From a virus (Duplodnaviria; Caudoviricetes): 56,226 bases of DNA. The stretch is from IMG/VR virus record IMGVR_UViG_3300037424_002033, positions 1 through 56,226 of that record. One strand, written 5' to 3'. The notes below the pieces were generated by a model. That model was given only the letters and a program-made list of their open reading frames with translations. It ran no database searches and was not told the DNA's origin. This document shows, one piece after another, positions 1 through 8,450 of this stretch. Each line of letters begins with the position of its first letter. The stretch's first letter is position 1. The position numbers were made by a program, and so were the translations under genes.

Positions 1-198
1 TCGAGTGCCCCGCCTGTTTAGGATTCTGGACTGGCGCGATCATCGGCGGCGCCATCGACGGCGGCTGGGGCATCGCGATCGGCGCGCTCTACACCGCTGG
101 CAGTAACTACATTCTCTCGAAGCTCACACGTCTGATCGACTAGTTCCCGGAGGAAGTCATGTCCGCAGCCGTCACCCCGATGTTCAAGTTGAAGATGT
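1..198 (+). repeat. Terminal direct repeat, copy 1 (circular overlap)
   Basis: Matches 56029-56226 except at positions 128, 134 and 145. Confidence 0.97.
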
Positions 199-437
199 GC
201 CCGATCAAGCCGAAGTCGGCGATCGTCGGTGGCAACTCGAACGCCTGCGACGGCGACGGGTGCGCGTGGTGGGTCTCATTCGCGGCGAACGGCAAGATCA
301 CCGGCGGGCATTGCGCGATCCCGCTCATCGCTACCGGGATGATGAACCTCGATCTCACCGCGCGCTCGCTCGCCGTGCAACTGGTACACGGACAGCCCAG
401 CGAAGAGACGCCGCCCGGCGCGGCACCGAAGGGCTAG
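159..437 (+). CDS. Small Cys-rich hypothetical protein
   Basis: GGAGG SD upstream; CP...C...CAWW...C pattern; GC3-rich codons. Confidence 0.75.
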   Translation: MSAAVTPMFKLKMCPIKPKSAIVGGNSNACDGDGCAWWVSFAANGKITGGHCAIPLIATGMMNLDLTARSLAVQLVHGQPSEETPPGAAPKG

Positions 438-447
438 GAGAACGACA

Positions 448-1845
448 ATGGCCGACACGATGCTGGCACCTCCGACGTTCGACATGCAGATCACGAAGAT
501 CCGCGAATGCGCCGCGGAGCACTCCGACGACTTCCGGATGCGGATCTCGCGCCGCGCTGAGAACATCGCCACGTTCAGCGGCGCCCGAGTCGAGCACTTC
601 GTGATGCCCGAGACGTGGCTCCCGATGCTGTGCGGCGGGGGGCAATTCATCCTCGCCGCGTTCCACGAGTCGGCGCCGAACGTGATCATCACCACCGTCG
701 TCCCCGGCGTGATCAGCGGTGAGGCGCGTGCGGTGGACATCGCCGCTCCCACCAAGGCCGGGTGGCAGGGGCCGTCTCAGCTTCTCTTTCCGAAGCCGGC
801 GCCGACGAACGGCACCACGAGCTTCTACGACAAGCCCGGGGGAGGGGGTTCGAGTGCGCCGCCGCGCGATCCGACGTCCACCGCTCCTTCCTCCGGGCCC
901 TCTGCCGACCTCATCGATCAGCGGTTCCGGCTGATCGAGGCGCAGCACGCGGCCGAGCGCGCTGATCTTCAGCGGATGCTCGACGCGAACGCCAAGTCGG
1001 TCGAGCGGCAAATGCAGGGCATGACCGAGATCATCAAGGCAATCGCCACGCGCCCCGTCGAGCCGGCGAAGCCGATGTTCGATCCGGCACTCCTCGCCAC
1101 GCTCACCACGGCAGCGACGGGGATCGTGGGCGCGCTCATCGCTCGGTCCGGTGAGGATCGCAAGGCTGACCTCGCCGAGCAGGCCCGGCGCGACGAGCGT
1201 GACTCTCGCGCTCGCGACGAGCAGATCAAGATGATCGTCGGCATGAACGAGCAGAACATGAAGGCGCTCGAACGCAACGCCGACGCTTCCTCGAACGCGA
1301 TGAAGATGGTCTCGCCGATGGTGGAAGCCGTCTCGCTCATGGGCCGGACCGTCGTGCAGCAAATCGCCACCGTGCAGGAGATGGCGCAGCCGGCCGACGA
1401 GGGGGCCGGCTGGGCCGGCTTCGCCCGCGACGCGGCCCGCGCGCTCGCGGAATACCTCGCCACGCGCCCGGCGCCGGCTGGCTCGCCGCAGCGGCAGCTT
1501 CCCCCTGGCGCGGCTCCGCCTCCGGCGGCTCCGGCAGCCGGCCCCGCTCCGGCTGCGCCCGCAGAAGAGGTGACCCCTGCCACCCCGGAGCAGATCGCGG
1601 CCGATCCCCCCGAGGCGCTCGCCGGCTTCTTGGAGCAGGCGATCCGCGCGAAGGCGGATCCCGAGGAGGTCGCCGACGGCTACATGCAAATGCAGGTGAA
1701 CAAGGGCTTCGTCGAGATGGTCGCGGCGGCCGGCGGCCCGCTCAAGTTCTTCCAGGCGCGGCTCGGGGAGTGGGTGTCGCAGAACGCCGACTACGTCCGC
1801 GCCCTGGTGAGCCACCTTTCGACTCGCGGAGTCAAGGTCGTCTGA
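448..1845 (+). CDS. Hypothetical protein with coiled-coil and Pro/Ala-rich linkers (possible scaffold or assembly protein)
   Basis: 465 aa, AGGAG SD, GC3-biased codons; no enzymatic motif seen. Confidence 0.8.
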   Translation: MADTMLAPPTFDMQITKIRECAAEHSDDFRMRISRRAENIATFSGARVEHFVMPETWLPMLCGGGQFILAAFHESAPNVIITTVVPGVISGEARAVDIAAPTKAGWQGPSQLLFPKPAPTNGTTSFYDKPGGGGSSAPPRDPTSTAPSSGPSADLIDQRFRLIEAQHAAERADLQRMLDANAKSVERQMQGMTEIIKAIATRPVEPAKPMFDPALLATLTTAATGIVGALIARSGEDRKADLAEQARRDERDSRARDEQIKMIVGMNEQNMKALERNADASSNAMKMVSPMVEAVSLMGRTVVQQIATVQEMAQPADEGAGWAGFARDAARALAEYLATRPAPAGSPQRQLPPGAAPPPAAPAAGPAPAAPAEEVTPATPEQIAADPPEALAGFLEQAIRAKADPEEVADGYMQMQVNKGFVEMVAAAGGPLKFFQARLGEWVSQNADYVRALVSHLSTRGVKVV

Positions 1846-1884
1846 GCCACGTAGCAGCACAACCCGGAGTGAAAGGATCGCGCG

Positions 1885-2187
1885 ATGGAAAAGCTCCTCG
1901 AAATGTTCAAGGCGGAGATGACGATGCGGAAAATCCCCGAGCCCATGATCGATCTCGTGGTGAACCTCGTCGCCGGAGTGGCAGACGGAATCCGCGACCT
2001 CGTCGAATCGACGGTGGAGGCGAACCGGGCTGCCACCCTCATGCACTACGCGCAGGCGGCGGTGCTCTTCAACGATTTGGAGTTCACGACTGACCTCGCG
2101 GCCGAGTGCCTCGAATCGGCGCGCGAGATCAGCGGCGCACAGAAGGCCGAGGATGGGCCGGCGGCGGAGCCGCCGGCTTCCGCCTGA
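1885..2187 (+). CDS. Acidic helical hypothetical protein
   Basis: 100 aa ORF, AAGGA SD, typical codon usage. Confidence 0.7.
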   Translation: MEKLLEMFKAEMTMRKIPEPMIDLVVNLVAGVADGIRDLVESTVEANRAATLMHYAQAAVLFNDLEFTTDLAAECLESAREISGAQKAEDGPAAEPPASA

Positions 2188-2198
2188 GAAGTCAACCG

Positions 2199-2232
2199 GC
2201 GCGATCTACTGAGAATTCTCAGTAGATCGCGC
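2199..2232. repeat. Perfect 34-bp palindrome GCGCGATCTACTGAGAATTCTCAGTAGATCGCGC
   Basis: Checked base by base around the centre 2215/2216; no spacer. Confidence 0.95.
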
Positions 2233-2263
2233 GCTTCTCTGCGATCACCCCGGAGACGGCAGC

Positions 2264-2293
2264 TTGACAGCGCCGGCATCACCCTCCTAGTCT
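2264..2293 (+). promoter_or_regulatory. Sigma70-like promoter for the virion module
   Basis: TTGACA (2264-2269), 18 nt spacer, TAGTCT (2288-2293). Confidence 0.65.
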
Positions 2294-2338
2294 CCGCTCC
2301 ATCGCGCGGCGGTCACCCGAAGGTCTGGGGCCCGCGCT

Positions 2339-2908
2339 TTGGCGTTTCGACTCGAAGAGGTCGGGAACGACGAATCCTCACAGCGGCGGATGCTTCAGCG
2401 CCTCGCGGAGTTGATCGCGAAGGGGTCGCGAGATCCGTCGATCGTTCGAGCCGCCCGTGCCATCACCGCCGACTGCGACGCGCGAGACGATCGCTGCGAA
2501 CTCGAAGCCATCTATGACGCCGTGAAGAACGGCACCGACGCCGTGCCCGGGATGCAGAACGGGCTGCGCTACGTCGCGGATCCGAAGACCACCGACTACT
2601 ACATCGGCGCGGCCCGCATCCTTCAGGAGTGCAAGGCCGGCGCCTGCGCGGGCGACTGCGACGAGGCAACCATCCTCGTCGCCTCGCTGGCGAGCGCGAT
2701 CGGCTTCAAGGCCGGTGCGCGTGCCTACGGTCCGAACCCCCGCGTCAACGAGTTCGTCCACGTCTACCCGGTCGCTGCGCTCCCGAAGAAGGCGCCGTGG
2801 CCGAAGGGCTACGCCGGGCACGGGCTCGACATCACCGTCCCCGAAGCATACGTCGGCTGGGAGCCGCCGAAGGGCCGCGTGCTCACCTATTGGGTCACTG
2901 AGGGTTGA
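2339..2908 (+). CDS. Transglutaminase-like (papain-fold) cysteine protease or cross-linking enzyme
   Basis: Cys-His-Asp triad motifs GDCDE, FVHVYP, GLDIT; TTG start. Confidence 0.85.
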   Translation: MAFRLEEVGNDESSQRRMLQRLAELIAKGSRDPSIVRAARAITADCDARDDRCELEAIYDAVKNGTDAVPGMQNGLRYVADPKTTDYYIGAARILQECKAGACAGDCDEATILVASLASAIGFKAGARAYGPNPRVNEFVHVYPVAALPKKAPWPKGYAGHGLDITVPEAYVGWEPPKGRVLTYWVTEG

Positions 2909-2939
2909 CGTCGTCTCTACCGCTGAAAGGAATCGACCG

Positions 2940-3218
2940 ATGGCATACGTGACAACGAGGATGAGCGGTTACGATGTCGTCGGGCCCCAGACCTTCGGCG
3001 ACGTCTGGGATGACATCGCGAAGGGAATCCAAGTCGTCGGCGCCACCGTCGGAGCGATCCGTGGATCGCAGGTGAAGACGCCGGCCGTGGCGACGCCGCC
3101 GGTGACCGCGCCCGGCCTCTTCTCCCCCGGCGGCTTCATCGAGAAGAACCAGACCGTGCTCCTTCTCGCCGCCGCCGGCCTCGCCGCCTTCTTCGTGCTC
3201 GGCAAGCGGAGGGGGTAG
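2940..3218 (+). CDS. Small virion membrane protein with C-terminal TM helix
   Basis: MAYVTTRMSGY...TFGDVW; ends VLLLAAAGLAAFFVLGKRRG. Confidence 0.75.
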   Translation: MAYVTTRMSGYDVVGPQTFGDVWDDIAKGIQVVGATVGAIRGSQVKTPAVATPPVTAPGLFSPGGFIEKNQTVLLLAAAGLAAFFVLGKRRG

Positions 3219-3221
3219 GTC

Positions 3222-3428
3222 ATGGCGAAGCTCGATCTCGACGTGGACGCGCCCGACAAGGTGGCCCCAGTGCTCGCGAGCGCCGCGCAGCAATTCTACG
3301 ACTCCGCGAGCGAGCTTCAGTCCGCGTGGCAGGAGAAGGCAGCCGGGCGGCCGTGGGAGATCATCGCGAAGGAACTCGAAGCCGCCGCGTCGCGCATCAA
3401 GAAGAAGCTCGCAACGATCGGTTTCTAG
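3222..3428 (+). CDS. Small helical hypothetical protein
   Basis: Coupled to upstream stop; typical codon usage. Confidence 0.7.
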   Translation: MAKLDLDVDAPDKVAPVLASAAQQFYDSASELQSAWQEKAAGRPWEIIAKELEAAASRIKKKLATIGF

Positions 3429-3468
3429 CGCTCGGAAGAAGTCCCCGCGGTTCATGTAGGAGAAGATC

Positions 3469-3816
3469 ATGTTCCGAGGCTACTCGAAGAAGAACCGGAA
3501 GCTCCGCCGCAAGAAGCGGAGCGCGAAGCGGTTCGGCGGCTTCGCCGGCACGAAGGCGATGCACCGCGCCGATGCCGCGCAGTACGCAAAGGTGGCTCGG
3601 AAAGCGGCGCAGGACGCGCGGAGCGCTGCGCGGTCTGGTAACTGCGAGCGCGCCGTTCACTACTTCGGCGTCGCCGCGTTCTACGGGGGCTTCGCCACTG
3701 GCAACCGGCGGTGGGCAGTAGGTGGCCGGCGGGAAGGAACTCGCGGTGGAAGCCGGATGGGATCCCGCATCGCTGCGTTGCAACGCACCGTCTCGAAGGC
3801 GTGCAAGATCCGCTGA
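3469..3816 (+). CDS. Basic Arg/Lys-rich putative core protein (paralog of 11457-11798)
   Basis: KKNRKLRRKKRSAKRFGG leader; conserved Cys pair. Confidence 0.7.
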   Translation: MFRGYSKKNRKLRRKKRSAKRFGGFAGTKAMHRADAAQYAKVARKAAQDARSAARSGNCERAVHYFGVAAFYGGFATGNRRWAVGGRREGTRGGSRMGSRIAALQRTVSKACKIR

Positions 3817-3875
3817 CAAGTTACGGCTCGCGGTGAGCCGACGATCGCCGTGAAGGGAAACGAGAGGAGTTCACA

Positions 3876-4076
3876 ATGCAGATCGCGGTGCTCGAAGGAT
3901 ACCGCGTCCCTGGAAGGAGCACGAAGATGGCACGTCGTCGTCGCCGCCGCAGCACTCGCAGGGTCGGTGGGAAGCGCGCTCTCCGCAAGCGCATGAAGGT
4001 GTGCGCGCGGAAGCACAAGGTCACGTCCAAGGGCTTCTGGGCGTGCGTCCGCAAGGGCCGCAGCCGCCGCCGGTAG
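3876..4076 (+). CDS. Protamine-like Arg-rich DNA-condensing protein
   Basis: MARRRRRRSTRR...C...C...RSRRR; AGGAG SD; alternative start at 3927. Confidence 0.7.
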   Translation: MQIAVLEGYRVPGRSTKMARRRRRRSTRRVGGKRALRKRMKVCARKHKVTSKGFWACVRKGRSRRR

Positions 4077-4091
4077 CACCTCGTCCGCATC

Positions 4092-4112
4092 GCCGGTAGC
4101 CGCCGCGCCGGT
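4092..4112 (+). promoter_or_regulatory. Conserved RNA hairpin motif, copy 1 (core GGTAGCCGCCGCGCC)
   Basis: CCGG-TAGCCGCCGCG-CCGG, upstream of 4155. Confidence 0.7.
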
Positions 4113-4154
4113 TCCACGCTGAGAGCGCCGTGAAGGCGCAAAGGAGTCGATCAA

Positions 4155-4685
4155 ATGGCAAGGCACCGCCGCCGCCGCCGGCACCGCCGTTTCGGAAGCT
4201 ACGTCACGACGTCGCTCGGCAGCCTCAAGCAGTTCAACCCCATGGGCCGTACGGTCCGCTCGACCGACGTGCTTGTCGGCGCCGGTCTCGGCGTCGCCGC
4301 TTCCACCTTCGTCAAGATGGGCATCGAGAAGGTCAACGAGATGCTCGGTGGGAAGATCCCGCTCTTCGTCATGCAGCAAGCGGGGCCGCTCTCCACCTTC
4401 CTCGCTGGCGTTCTGCTCTACCTCGGGCAGAAGAAGAGCGCTCGGGGCACCGGGCACTTCGTCGGCGCCTCCGCCGTCGCCGCCTCCGCCGTCTTCTGGG
4501 GCCTCCTGAAGCAGTACGGGCCCACGAAGTCGGACGGGACGCCGATGTTCTCGGACTACGTCCGGGTCCCGTCGCTCGGTCTGCTCACCGCCGATGCCGG
4601 CGGCCGGTCGCCGTTCGGTCTGCTCACCGCCGATGCCCCGATGTCGGGCTTCGGCGACGAGTTAGACATCTTCAACGCTGCCTGA
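4155..4685 (+). CDS. Putative major membrane/core protein: Arg-rich N-terminus, about 3 Gly/Ala TM helices, repeated C-terminal GLLTADA
   Basis: MARHRRRRRHRRFGS; hydrophobic helices; 23-bp internal repeat at 4576-4598 and 4615-4637; directly upstream of the putative MCP. Confidence 0.75.
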   Translation: MARHRRRRRHRRFGSYVTTSLGSLKQFNPMGRTVRSTDVLVGAGLGVAASTFVKMGIEKVNEMLGGKIPLFVMQQAGPLSTFLAGVLLYLGQKKSARGTGHFVGASAVAASAVFWGLLKQYGPTKSDGTPMFSDYVRVPSLGLLTADAGGRSPFGLLTADAPMSGFGDELDIFNAA

Positions 4686-4714
4686 CCGGCTTCGCCGGCC
4701 AGGAGCGGGCCTTA

Positions 4715-4737
4715 GCTCGGTAGCCGCCGCGCCGAGT
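4715..4737 (+). promoter_or_regulatory. Conserved RNA hairpin motif, copy 2
   Basis: CTCGG-TAGCCGCCGCG-CCGAG, upstream of 4796. Confidence 0.7.
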
Positions 4738-4795
4738 GCAGTTGCAGGAAACGCAGTTCACAGCGCGTAACGCGCGAACGAAAGAGGAGCACCAA

Positions 4796-5503
4796 ATGCC
4801 GAGCTTCATCTACCCCGCAGCGCAGCGCCCGAGCACGGCCGTGGCCGGTCTCGGCGATCAGCACGATGACAACGTCTACTCCGCGATCGTGGTCGCCCAC
4901 GGCGGAGTGGGCACGCAGAAGGCGTTCGTCGCCGGCCAGGGCTCGCCGATCCCGGCCCTCACCGGCACCGCCATCCCCGTCGCGAACGTGCCCAACACGT
5001 ACGTGAACTACACCCCGCTGACCACGGTCATCGAGCAGTCCGGCCAGTTGGGCAACTCGATCGGCGATGCGGAGATCCGCGCCATCGGCGTGACCTTCGA
5101 CCTCGCCGCGTACTCCTACGCGGCGGCGACGCCGCGCGTGTTCGGCGCGACGCCGTTCGAGATCGCCGACGTGCTCGGCAAGTGCCGCATGGAGGTGAAG
5201 GTCTCGAACAAGCGCCGGATCCAGGGTCCGGTGTGGTCGTACCCGAACCTCGGCGGCATGGCCGGCGGGCTCGCGACGACCGCGAACGCCGCGACGATCG
5301 GCGCCGTGAACAACGGCCCGTTTCCCACGGGTCGCCGGCTGAAGAGCCCGATCCTCATCGCTCGCAACGACGTGCTCGTCGCCGAGTTCACCGCGGACGC
5401 CGCCCTGGCGTTCTCGGACACCTCGTTCGCGACCACGCACGCCGGGCAGGCCACCCTCGTGTGGATCAACCTGATCGGCACGCTCCGCAGCGACGTGAGA
5501 TGA
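4796..5503 (+). CDS. Putative major capsid protein, single jelly-roll type (235 aa)
   Basis: Beta-strand-rich; very strong codon bias; GAGGAG SD; flanked by RNA structures; shares L.SPI.I and terminal I.L.G..R patterns with the downstream paralogs; fold is inferred. Confidence 0.6.
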   Translation: MPSFIYPAAQRPSTAVAGLGDQHDDNVYSAIVVAHGGVGTQKAFVAGQGSPIPALTGTAIPVANVPNTYVNYTPLTTVIEQSGQLGNSIGDAEIRAIGVTFDLAAYSYAAATPRVFGATPFEIADVLGKCRMEVKVSNKRRIQGPVWSYPNLGGMAGGLATTANAATIGAVNNGPFPTGRRLKSPILIARNDVLVAEFTADAALAFSDTSFATTHAGQATLVWINLIGTLRSDVR

Positions 5504-5506
5504 CAA

Positions 5507-5575
5507 GCCCGTAGAACGGGCCTCGTATTACCGTACTCCGTGGTAGGGTGTCCCATTCAGGCCCCTACCACGGAG
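5507..5575 (+). other. Structured intergenic RNA after the putative MCP (two hairpins)
   Basis: GCCCGT/ACGGGC (5507-5521) and a 13-bp perfect stem CTCCGTGGTAGGG/CCCTACCACGGAG (5536-5575); no U tail. Confidence 0.7.
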
Positions 5576-5598
5576 AACAGGATGAAAGAAGCAGACAA

Positions 5599-5617
5599 GA
5601 GGTAGCCGCCGCGCCTC
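5599..5617 (+). promoter_or_regulatory. Conserved RNA hairpin motif, copy 3, abutting the SD of 5629
   Basis: GAGG-TAGCCGCCGCG-CCTC followed by GGAGGTAGG. Confidence 0.7.
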
Positions 5618-5628
5618 GGAGGTAGGAA

Positions 5629-6642
5629 ATGAAGATCGTTCCGTCGCACTACGTTCCTGCGATCCCGGCGAGGTTCGCGCCGGCTCCGCCCCCTACCAAG
5701 CGCGCCGTGTTTCCTCCATCGCCAGTGTGGGGCGGCGGGCCCGGCCGTCCCGTGCTGCTTTACGACTCGGTGACGTTGCAGGCCGGTGCAGAGCAGCCGC
5801 TGAAGAACCGCGCCTTTCAGAACACGTTCAACGGATTCGTCGAGCTTCACTCGGCGATCTTCGCGGCCGAGCAGTTGACCGCTAACGTCTCCACGGCGCG
5901 TGCAACCTCCATCGCGACGACGGCCGTTCAGATCGGAGTGCGTCGCGCGGCGTCGAACAAGGTGCTCCGCATCACTGACGGCTTCATCCCGATGTGGATG
6001 CTCGCGCCGTCGGACAACCGACTTGCCTCCGCTGCCGGAGCGAATGGGCTCACGGCGCTGATCGACTGGAAGTTCGCGTCGCCGATCGTTCTCGGACCGA
6101 AGGATCAGATCGAAGTCTCAGTGCGCCACCTCTCGTACTTCACGAATAACACGCTGGCGCATGTTGCCTTCGGCGGAGAGGTCGTACCGAGATCCACGGC
6201 TGCTAGGCGGCTGCCGTACGCAACGGTATGGTCTGGGCACAACTTCGCGTATGCCGAGGATGGCTCCGACACGTCCGGTCCTGCCGCGCTATCGAACGAT
6301 CTGGAAAACAGGAAGTTGCACGTTGAGCGCATCATCGGGCGCTTCGTGACAGCGGCGCTTCAAGGAGCGAACACAATCGTCAACGACCTCGTCGATGGCT
6401 CGAATCAAATGGATCGGGCCACGCTTCGGATGCACCTTCAGCAAACCCCGATCATTCGGAGCTTCGCGAAGTGGATCACCGTGTTCGGAGCCAACGCGGC
6501 CCTCGAATGTGACTTCGACATGCTCGTGAACGACTTCATCACCGTCACCGTGGCGCATCCGCCGGGGCCGACACTCGCGACGCCGTTCACGTCGTTCACG
6601 GGGCAGCCCTTCGTTTCCATCGTCGGTTCCCGGGAGGAGTGA
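5629..6642 (+). CDS. Putative minor capsid protein, two tandem beta-sandwich domains (paralog 1)
   Basis: FQNTFN...ITDGFIP...FASPIVL...RRLPY...LSNDL...VSIVGSRE. Confidence 0.65.
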   Translation: MKIVPSHYVPAIPARFAPAPPPTKRAVFPPSPVWGGGPGRPVLLYDSVTLQAGAEQPLKNRAFQNTFNGFVELHSAIFAAEQLTANVSTARATSIATTAVQIGVRRAASNKVLRITDGFIPMWMLAPSDNRLASAAGANGLTALIDWKFASPIVLGPKDQIEVSVRHLSYFTNNTLAHVAFGGEVVPRSTAARRLPYATVWSGHNFAYAEDGSDTSGPAALSNDLENRKLHVERIIGRFVTAALQGANTIVNDLVDGSNQMDRATLRMHLQQTPIIRSFAKWITVFGANAALECDFDMLVNDFITVTVAHPPGPTLATPFTSFTGQPFVSIVGSREE

Positions 6643-6648
6643 AAAGCT

Positions 6649-7536
6649 ATGGGCTCCGAAGTCATCCTGTTTGGAACCACACCGCAACTGACGATCACGG
6701 CCGGCGTGCCCGGCCCCGATCAGCGGTTTCCCACCGAGGAACTCGTCAATCGCTTCAATAACGAGGCGATCGAGATCACCGAGTTGATCTTCGAGCTTCA
6801 CTCTTCGATCACCTCTTCCGGCAACGTCGGCGCCGCCGACTCTGTTAGGTCGGCACAGATTTCCCTTTCGATCGGGCGCTACTTGATCACTGACCGCAGC
6901 CCATTCGATACGATCGCGATCATTCGCGAGGCTACGGTCGGGAACGTCGTGGCGCTCGCCGCCGCAGCGTTGGACACCTTGCAGGTTCGTCGGTGGATCC
7001 TCGCTCGGCCCCTCATGGTTCACCCGCTCGAATCCTTCTCCGGCCTGTTGTCGTACGATGGCGCTGCCATCGCAGGCATCGCTACTGGTACCGTCGATCT
7101 TACCGTGGTGGCCCGCGGTCGGCGCGGCGGAAAGATCGATCGGACGCGATGCGTTCCCTACGCCTCCGGTTATCTTTTCAGAACGCCAACCGCGCCGGCT
7201 CCGAACCTCGTCTTTCAGAACACGTTCAACTCTCCACTCTTCATCCGGTCGATCAACACGACGCTCGGCTCGTCCATTCAGACGGCTCCCGGGCAGACTC
7301 CGCCGGTGATCACAGCACCGGGCGGGCTGGCGAACGTGGTGCGCCGGGACATGGTCCCCCAACTCACGACTCCGTGGGGACTCGCCGGGCAAAGAAAGTC
7401 GTTGGAGGTCGCGCATCAACTGAACCCGCGGGAGTTCTACCAGATCACTACGGCGCTCCGCCTCGACGATGCCATTCCATCGGCGCTCGTTGCCCCCGCG
7501 ATCACCATCTCCGGTTACCGTGAGGAGTCGCGATGA
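6649..7536 (+). CDS. Putative minor capsid protein, two tandem beta-sandwich domains (paralog 2)
   Basis: LVNRFN...ITDRSP...LARPLMV...RCVPY...FQNTFNSP...ITISGYRE. Confidence 0.65.
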   Translation: MGSEVILFGTTPQLTITAGVPGPDQRFPTEELVNRFNNEAIEITELIFELHSSITSSGNVGAADSVRSAQISLSIGRYLITDRSPFDTIAIIREATVGNVVALAAAALDTLQVRRWILARPLMVHPLESFSGLLSYDGAAIAGIATGTVDLTVVARGRRGGKIDRTRCVPYASGYLFRTPTAPAPNLVFQNTFNSPLFIRSINTTLGSSIQTAPGQTPPVITAPGGLANVVRRDMVPQLTTPWGLAGQRKSLEVAHQLNPREFYQITTALRLDDAIPSALVAPAITISGYREESR

Positions 7537-8450
7537 TCGCCACGCTGTCACCTCAACCGATCGTCCTGTCTGCCGCTCCGGTGCCGTACCTGACCACCGA
7601 CGCGGTGGGCACGGAGAAGAGCGCAAACCAGGGGGTTTGGAACTCGGAACCCACCGGGGTTCTCATTTCCGACATCTTCATCCAAGGGAACGCCGCGCTC
7701 GCTGAAGCGGGGGGCGGGAACGCGAACACCGGCGTCGGAATCCTCCTTCGATACCGTGGCGAGCCGATCACGAACGGCTACCTGCCGTTTTCGTCCGTGT
7801 GCTCGGTGCTGAACGCTGCCTTCGAGGATCCGGGTGGAGTCGTGGGTGGCATCACGATCCTTCGACTCGCAAAGCCGTTCTACTTGGAACCTGGCGGGAT
7901 CATCGACGTTGCGTACAGTAGCATCATGTTCCAGGCGAACGTCACGCTGCGCGCGTTCGCCGTCGGGATCCAGGCGTTGACCCCACCGAAGGAGCGATGG
8001 CTTCCGTACCTGACGTCGTACCTCGGTCCGACCTACATCGGAACTTCCAACGCAGTGATCGAGAATCAGTCGGTTCCGACCGATCTCGGTAATCCGTTCG
8101 GTGATCCGATCTTCGTCGATCAGTTGATCGGACGGGTTTACGTTGGCATCGATCCAAACAATGGAGTGGCCCCGACCAATTTCCGCGACACCGGCTCCCC
8201 GAGCGCGGCGTACGCATTCAGAACTCGACTGACCGACCACAAGGGCGCCGCGTGGATCCCCGTTCCCACGCCGATCCCGCTGGCGTTCGATACCGTGACC
8301 CGTGCGTGGCCGGTGAAAACGAACATGGACGCCAAGGGATTCCTCACGGCCGATCTCTCCGGTGTAGCGACGTTCACGAGCGTCACACCCGGATTCGTTC
8401 TGTACGCTCGGGCTGGCATCGGTCTCGTCGGCTATCGGAGGATCGGATGA
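7533..8450 (+). CDS. Putative minor capsid protein, two tandem beta-sandwich domains (paralog 3)
   Basis: VWNSEP...ITNGYLP...LAKPFYL...RWLPY...LGNPFGDP...IGLVGYRR. Confidence 0.65.
   Translation: MIATLSPQPIVLSAAPVPYLTTDAVGTEKSANQGVWNSEPTGVLISDIFIQGNAALAEAGGGNANTGVGILLRYRGEPITNGYLPFSSVCSVLNAAFEDPGGVVGGITILRLAKPFYLEPGGIIDVAYSSIMFQANVTLRAFAVGIQALTPPKERWLPYLTSYLGPTYIGTSNAVIENQSVPTDLGNPFGDPIFVDQLIGRVYVGIDPNNGVAPTNFRDTGSPSAAYAFRTRLTDHKGAAWIPVPTPIPLAFDTVTRAWPVKTNMDAKGFLTADLSGVATFTSVTPGFVLYARAGIGLVGYRRIG

Noticed and set aside
355-2046. Long antisense and alternative-frame ORFs (for example 355-2046, 6289-7626, 15448-17166, 31947-33104, 38139-39923)
   Set aside because: Shadow ORFs caused by high GC3 in the real genes; Arg/Gly/His-rich with no motifs or SD
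2905-2935. TTGACG upstream of 2940 as a promoter
   Set aside because: No acceptable -10 box at 16-18 nt spacing
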